From assembly GCA_017499595.2 (NCBI GenBank), contig CM039008.1:1302001-1366000 (forward strand): a stretch of DNA of 64,000 nucleotides. Reading direction: 5' to 3'. The stretch comes from Psilocybe cubensis (lineage: Eukaryota). The translations under genes were made by a program, and so were the position numbers. Under the pieces are notes generated by a model. That model was not told the origin of the DNA. It searched no databases and worked only from the letters and a program-made list of their open reading frames with translations. Position 1 is the stretch's first letter, and each line of letters opens with the position of its first letter. This document shows, one piece after another, positions 55,373-64,000 of this stretch.

Positions 55373-57499
55373 TGCGTTTTGTCGCAGGAGTTTGGTGAGT
55401 TAAGCGAGCGGCCACCCAGGTCGGACTCCAGTATTATATACTCCAGATGCAGTGTGCCTTTAATTCTGGAGTGCATCTACTGATACACACATCTGCACAG
55501 GACCAGAGCATATGGGGAAAGATGAGAAGAAGGATGTGTATATTTGGGGGTGTCTGTGGCGGCTTGAGCTGCTTCCGTTTCAAGTCCGTCTGTAGATCTG
55601 CACTGAGGGTTCGAGGATGAGCAACCAAGCGTAGGAAAAACTGGAATAATGCCGCCGGAACTGATATTTGCGTTGTGTTGATACGGATAAAACGCCAACT
55701 ATTCGTTTAGCAGCTGCGATCATCATGTCCAGGTATGTTTTTTTCCGAGTTGTTCTTGGAGTGCCAGACTCACAGATTAATTCTACGGAAGCGAGATGGA
55801 ATTGGGAAATGGGAAAGGATATGGATCACGTCCAAGTATAGGACAGCATAAAGGCGCAAAAATAGAACGATGGCCGGGCCCGGACCCGCGGTCAGTGGTA
55901 CTCCAATGGCAGAGAGGCGTGCTACATGACGGTGCCTATCCTTATACTCGTCTCTCTCCCTCCCAAGACAACTTGTTCCAATCATTCCACAACTAGCTTC
56001 CCCATGACCAAATATATCCAACTCAATACCAAACCTCCAGCTTCTCCGCGTGTGGCAACCGTTGAACGTTGAATAATCAGAAGTTATCTCACCAGCCTAT
56101 CTTTTTTGTTTCCAATTCAATTCTTACTAGTAGTTTAAACGTCGAGCGTCTAGGCCTGTTATCAAAGTGCCTCGAGGTCCGTCATCACCATCCATTAATG
56201 CATCATCTTTACTCGAAATACAGCCTCGTGATTGCGTTCTTGAACAAGTTGGACAGAGAGGAACAAAGCCTATGAATACCTGCCCCCTCCTCACTGCCCT
56301 GAGTCATTGGCAAACACCCGACAGTACATGCGCCCCCTTCCGACCAAATCTACATATACGAGACCCAACCAACCAACCAACCAACTATCACAACACGGGC
56401 TATTAATTGATTGGTGTTGGTGAATGATTCAGATTTATGATGCGATGGCATGTTTAATTAAAAACCCGCTCAGCGTCTCCCGCTGAGATGTTCAAGCTTG
56501 TTCCTTTTGTTGGGGGTGTGCGTGTGTGCGCGTTCCAGCCTGACATAACAGCCCACCCCCCAACTGTAATCTGTAATCTGTAGTCACAAACACACATTGC
56601 ACAGGCTTGCCTGCGAGTTTAACCTCGGTCCAGACCCGCCTTCAACTTCAAGAATCAAGACATCATTATTAGTATTTGACAATCTCTTCCGCGATTTGAA
56701 AGAATGGAAAGGAAGGGATCGAGTAAAAACCTCGAATTAATAAAGCCAGGAAGGAAATTCTTTGCCCACGCGCCTTGAAAAAGATTGGACAATCCGTGAT
56801 TCCCTAGCCACAAAGGGCTGCACAGGATGCTCGCGAATTAACCTGGGTCTGGACTCCAAGACCTTAAGGCCTTAGACCTTAGACCTCAGGCCTTAAGTTC
56901 CATCCGACTTCAAAGAACGCACAAAAGGATGCAAATTTACTGAATACTGCAAAAAAAGAAAAAACCTTCGACGACGGCGGACTCTGGGGACTCTGAGCTC
57001 GGACGCCGAAGCTAAAGAGCAAATCCCATGGTCCGTTCAAAACTTCACCTCACCTAGACTCGCGAGCTGACACACAAAGTACTCATTAAATGCTCAGAGG
57101 AAGCAGGCTCAGAGTAACACCAACAAACTCAGGTCCGGACTCGAAAAAAATCCCTCCCTCAACCAAGTACATACTATGATGTAATAGCATAAGAAAAGCA
57201 CGTTGCATCCAGCAAGAGTATTTCATCCCACTGGCCCAGTGCAAACCATAAAACGAAAACGTCTGAATTTACAAATCAATAATCGCTGACATTTTTTTTC
57301 TTTCTACAGGACAAAACTCGTCGTAGTATGTACACTAAACCAAATTTAGAAGAACCGAATACTTTTTGTGCAAGTTGTCGCTTTGAATTTTCATTTTCTT
57401 TACCGGTGCTCGTCCCGCTCCTCCGGTCGATTTTGCCATCCCAGCGTCCCTTCCTAGCGAAGAAGACACTCCCCAGACAGGCCTTTCCAAGCTAAGGCA

Positions 57500-62704
<5,205 letters not shown>

Positions 62705-63229
62705 GGTGTATATAAAGGGTGGAGGGTGGACCGTCGACGTGGACGAGTGACAAAAAGAAGTAAAGTTTAAGAATAAAGAAAGTCGGAAATTGGGTTTGGG
62801 GAAAGATGTTAGTTCTGTATGTATATATTTCGGACGGAGTGTGCGATTAGATTTTATTTATTAGTCCGAACCGATCATCTTGTCTTTTCCGCTTATAGCA
62901 GTCGTTAGTCCTTTGATTCCGAACGGCCGAAACCGAAAGTCGTCGCCTTGCTCTCGAGTGACAACAATCCAAAACCCCAAAGAACAAAATATGTAAAGAA
63001 AGTTGGTTTCGCAAGCTCCGATTCTACACTAGCAGATGTACCACAGAAGCACCGAGTAACCAAGTATCTGTAACCTTTCCCAAACCAATCAAGGTCAAAT
63101 ACTTCAAGCACATTTTATGAAAGTAAAAAAGCAAAACAAGACAAAAAAGATAGATATCAGAACCAAAAATTCGGTATACATAAAAAAAGAAAAGAAAAGA
63201 AAGGAAAGAAAAAACCAAAATAACTCTTG

Positions 63230-64000
63230 TCACTCCTCAATCGATAGGCCCAAGTCGTTTTTAATTTCCGGGGGCTTCTTCAGCTAATATCTGGTTCACC
63301 TGGCCGTCTTTCCACCGGACGGTGACCGAGCCGTCCTGTGCTTCCAGTCAGCCGGACCACTTCAATGCGAAAAATAAGAAAAGAAACAACTCACGGCGTT
63401 CCCAAAGTACGCAGCCTTCGCCATCTTGCAGAACAGCCCTACCTCCACCACACCCGTAAGCATCTTGATCTGTGCCATAATCTGTGAAGCATGACAAAAG
63501 GAAGAGGAGGTGGGAACGAAAGATACAAGAATCGTTAGCTACTAAACCCTTCAAACCTGAAATCTCGGCGCTTACAGTATACGGGTCAATCATCATATCG
63601 CGCTCAAACGGCGCGTCAATGACAAAGTTTCCATTATCCGAGACAACCGGGCCAGCTAAAAGTCCAATTACGTCGCATTAGCTCTTTTCATCAACGACAA
63701 GGAAGTAGGGATGTGGAATAGGGAAAGAAGAAAGGAGACGAGGGCGGTGGGTGGGGAACGGCGATACGAAAACAGCATAGAGGATGAATCGGAAAAGGTT
63801 AACGACATACCCTTCTTAACAGCCATCCTCAGCGTCGCCTTGGGCGATCCCAAAATATGATGCAAATTCTGCAACACCTTTGCATACGCGAACGGCACAA
63901 CCTCGATCGGCACACCTTGCGTGAACTACAAAGATCCAACCAAGGAGCAACTTAGCTTTCTCATCCTAGAAGAAAGCCCCAAGAGTAAGCAACACGCACA
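63230..64000 (-). CDS. RKI1: Ribose-5-phosphate isomerase A (5' part outside window)
   Basis: GVPIEVVPFAY, LRMAVKKAGPVVSDNGNFVIDA, IKMLTGVVEVGLF. Confidence 0.92.

Noticed and set aside
56360-56900. (CCAA)n microsatellite, 7-bp hairpin and short CCTTAG repeats upstream of CAR2
   Set aside because: Short low-complexity features expected by chance

Overview
Intron-rich fungal genomic DNA, most likely an agaricomycete (Agaricales-like gene content; short ~50-70 nt GT-AG introns). Four zones are visible. (1) 1-8.2 kb is an accessory, decayed tract: a viroplasmin/RNase H1-N-like gene, orphan membrane genes, a fragmented intron-retaining prolyl-tRNA synthetase pseudogene, and a 6x141-bp tandem array with splice-donor motifs on both strands. 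(2) 8.5-16.3 kb holds gamma-tubulin complex GCP2/Spc97, a small secreted 8-Cys protein, a DUF6535-like gene and an orphan membrane gene. (3) 16.7-33.6 kb is an AT-rich block with an MFS exporter, an O-methyltransferase, a DUF6534-like membrane protein, an apparently intact stand-alone adenylation enzyme with strongly rewired motifs, and a NACHT/NLR gene. This is a candidate biosynthetic cluster with no core synthase, and three of its genes need GC-AG introns. (4) 35-64 kb holds calmodulin, two intron-containing tRNA-Thr(CGT) genes, three tandem multi-TM paralogs, NDUFA2 head-to-head with RAX1, two tandem A-T-R carboxylic acid reductases, pentafunctional ARO1 and ribose-5-phosphate isomerase. 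The last four genes are co-oriented and could form a pentose-phosphate -> shikimate -> aryl-aldehyde series. Exon boundaries were read by eye and no database searches were run.
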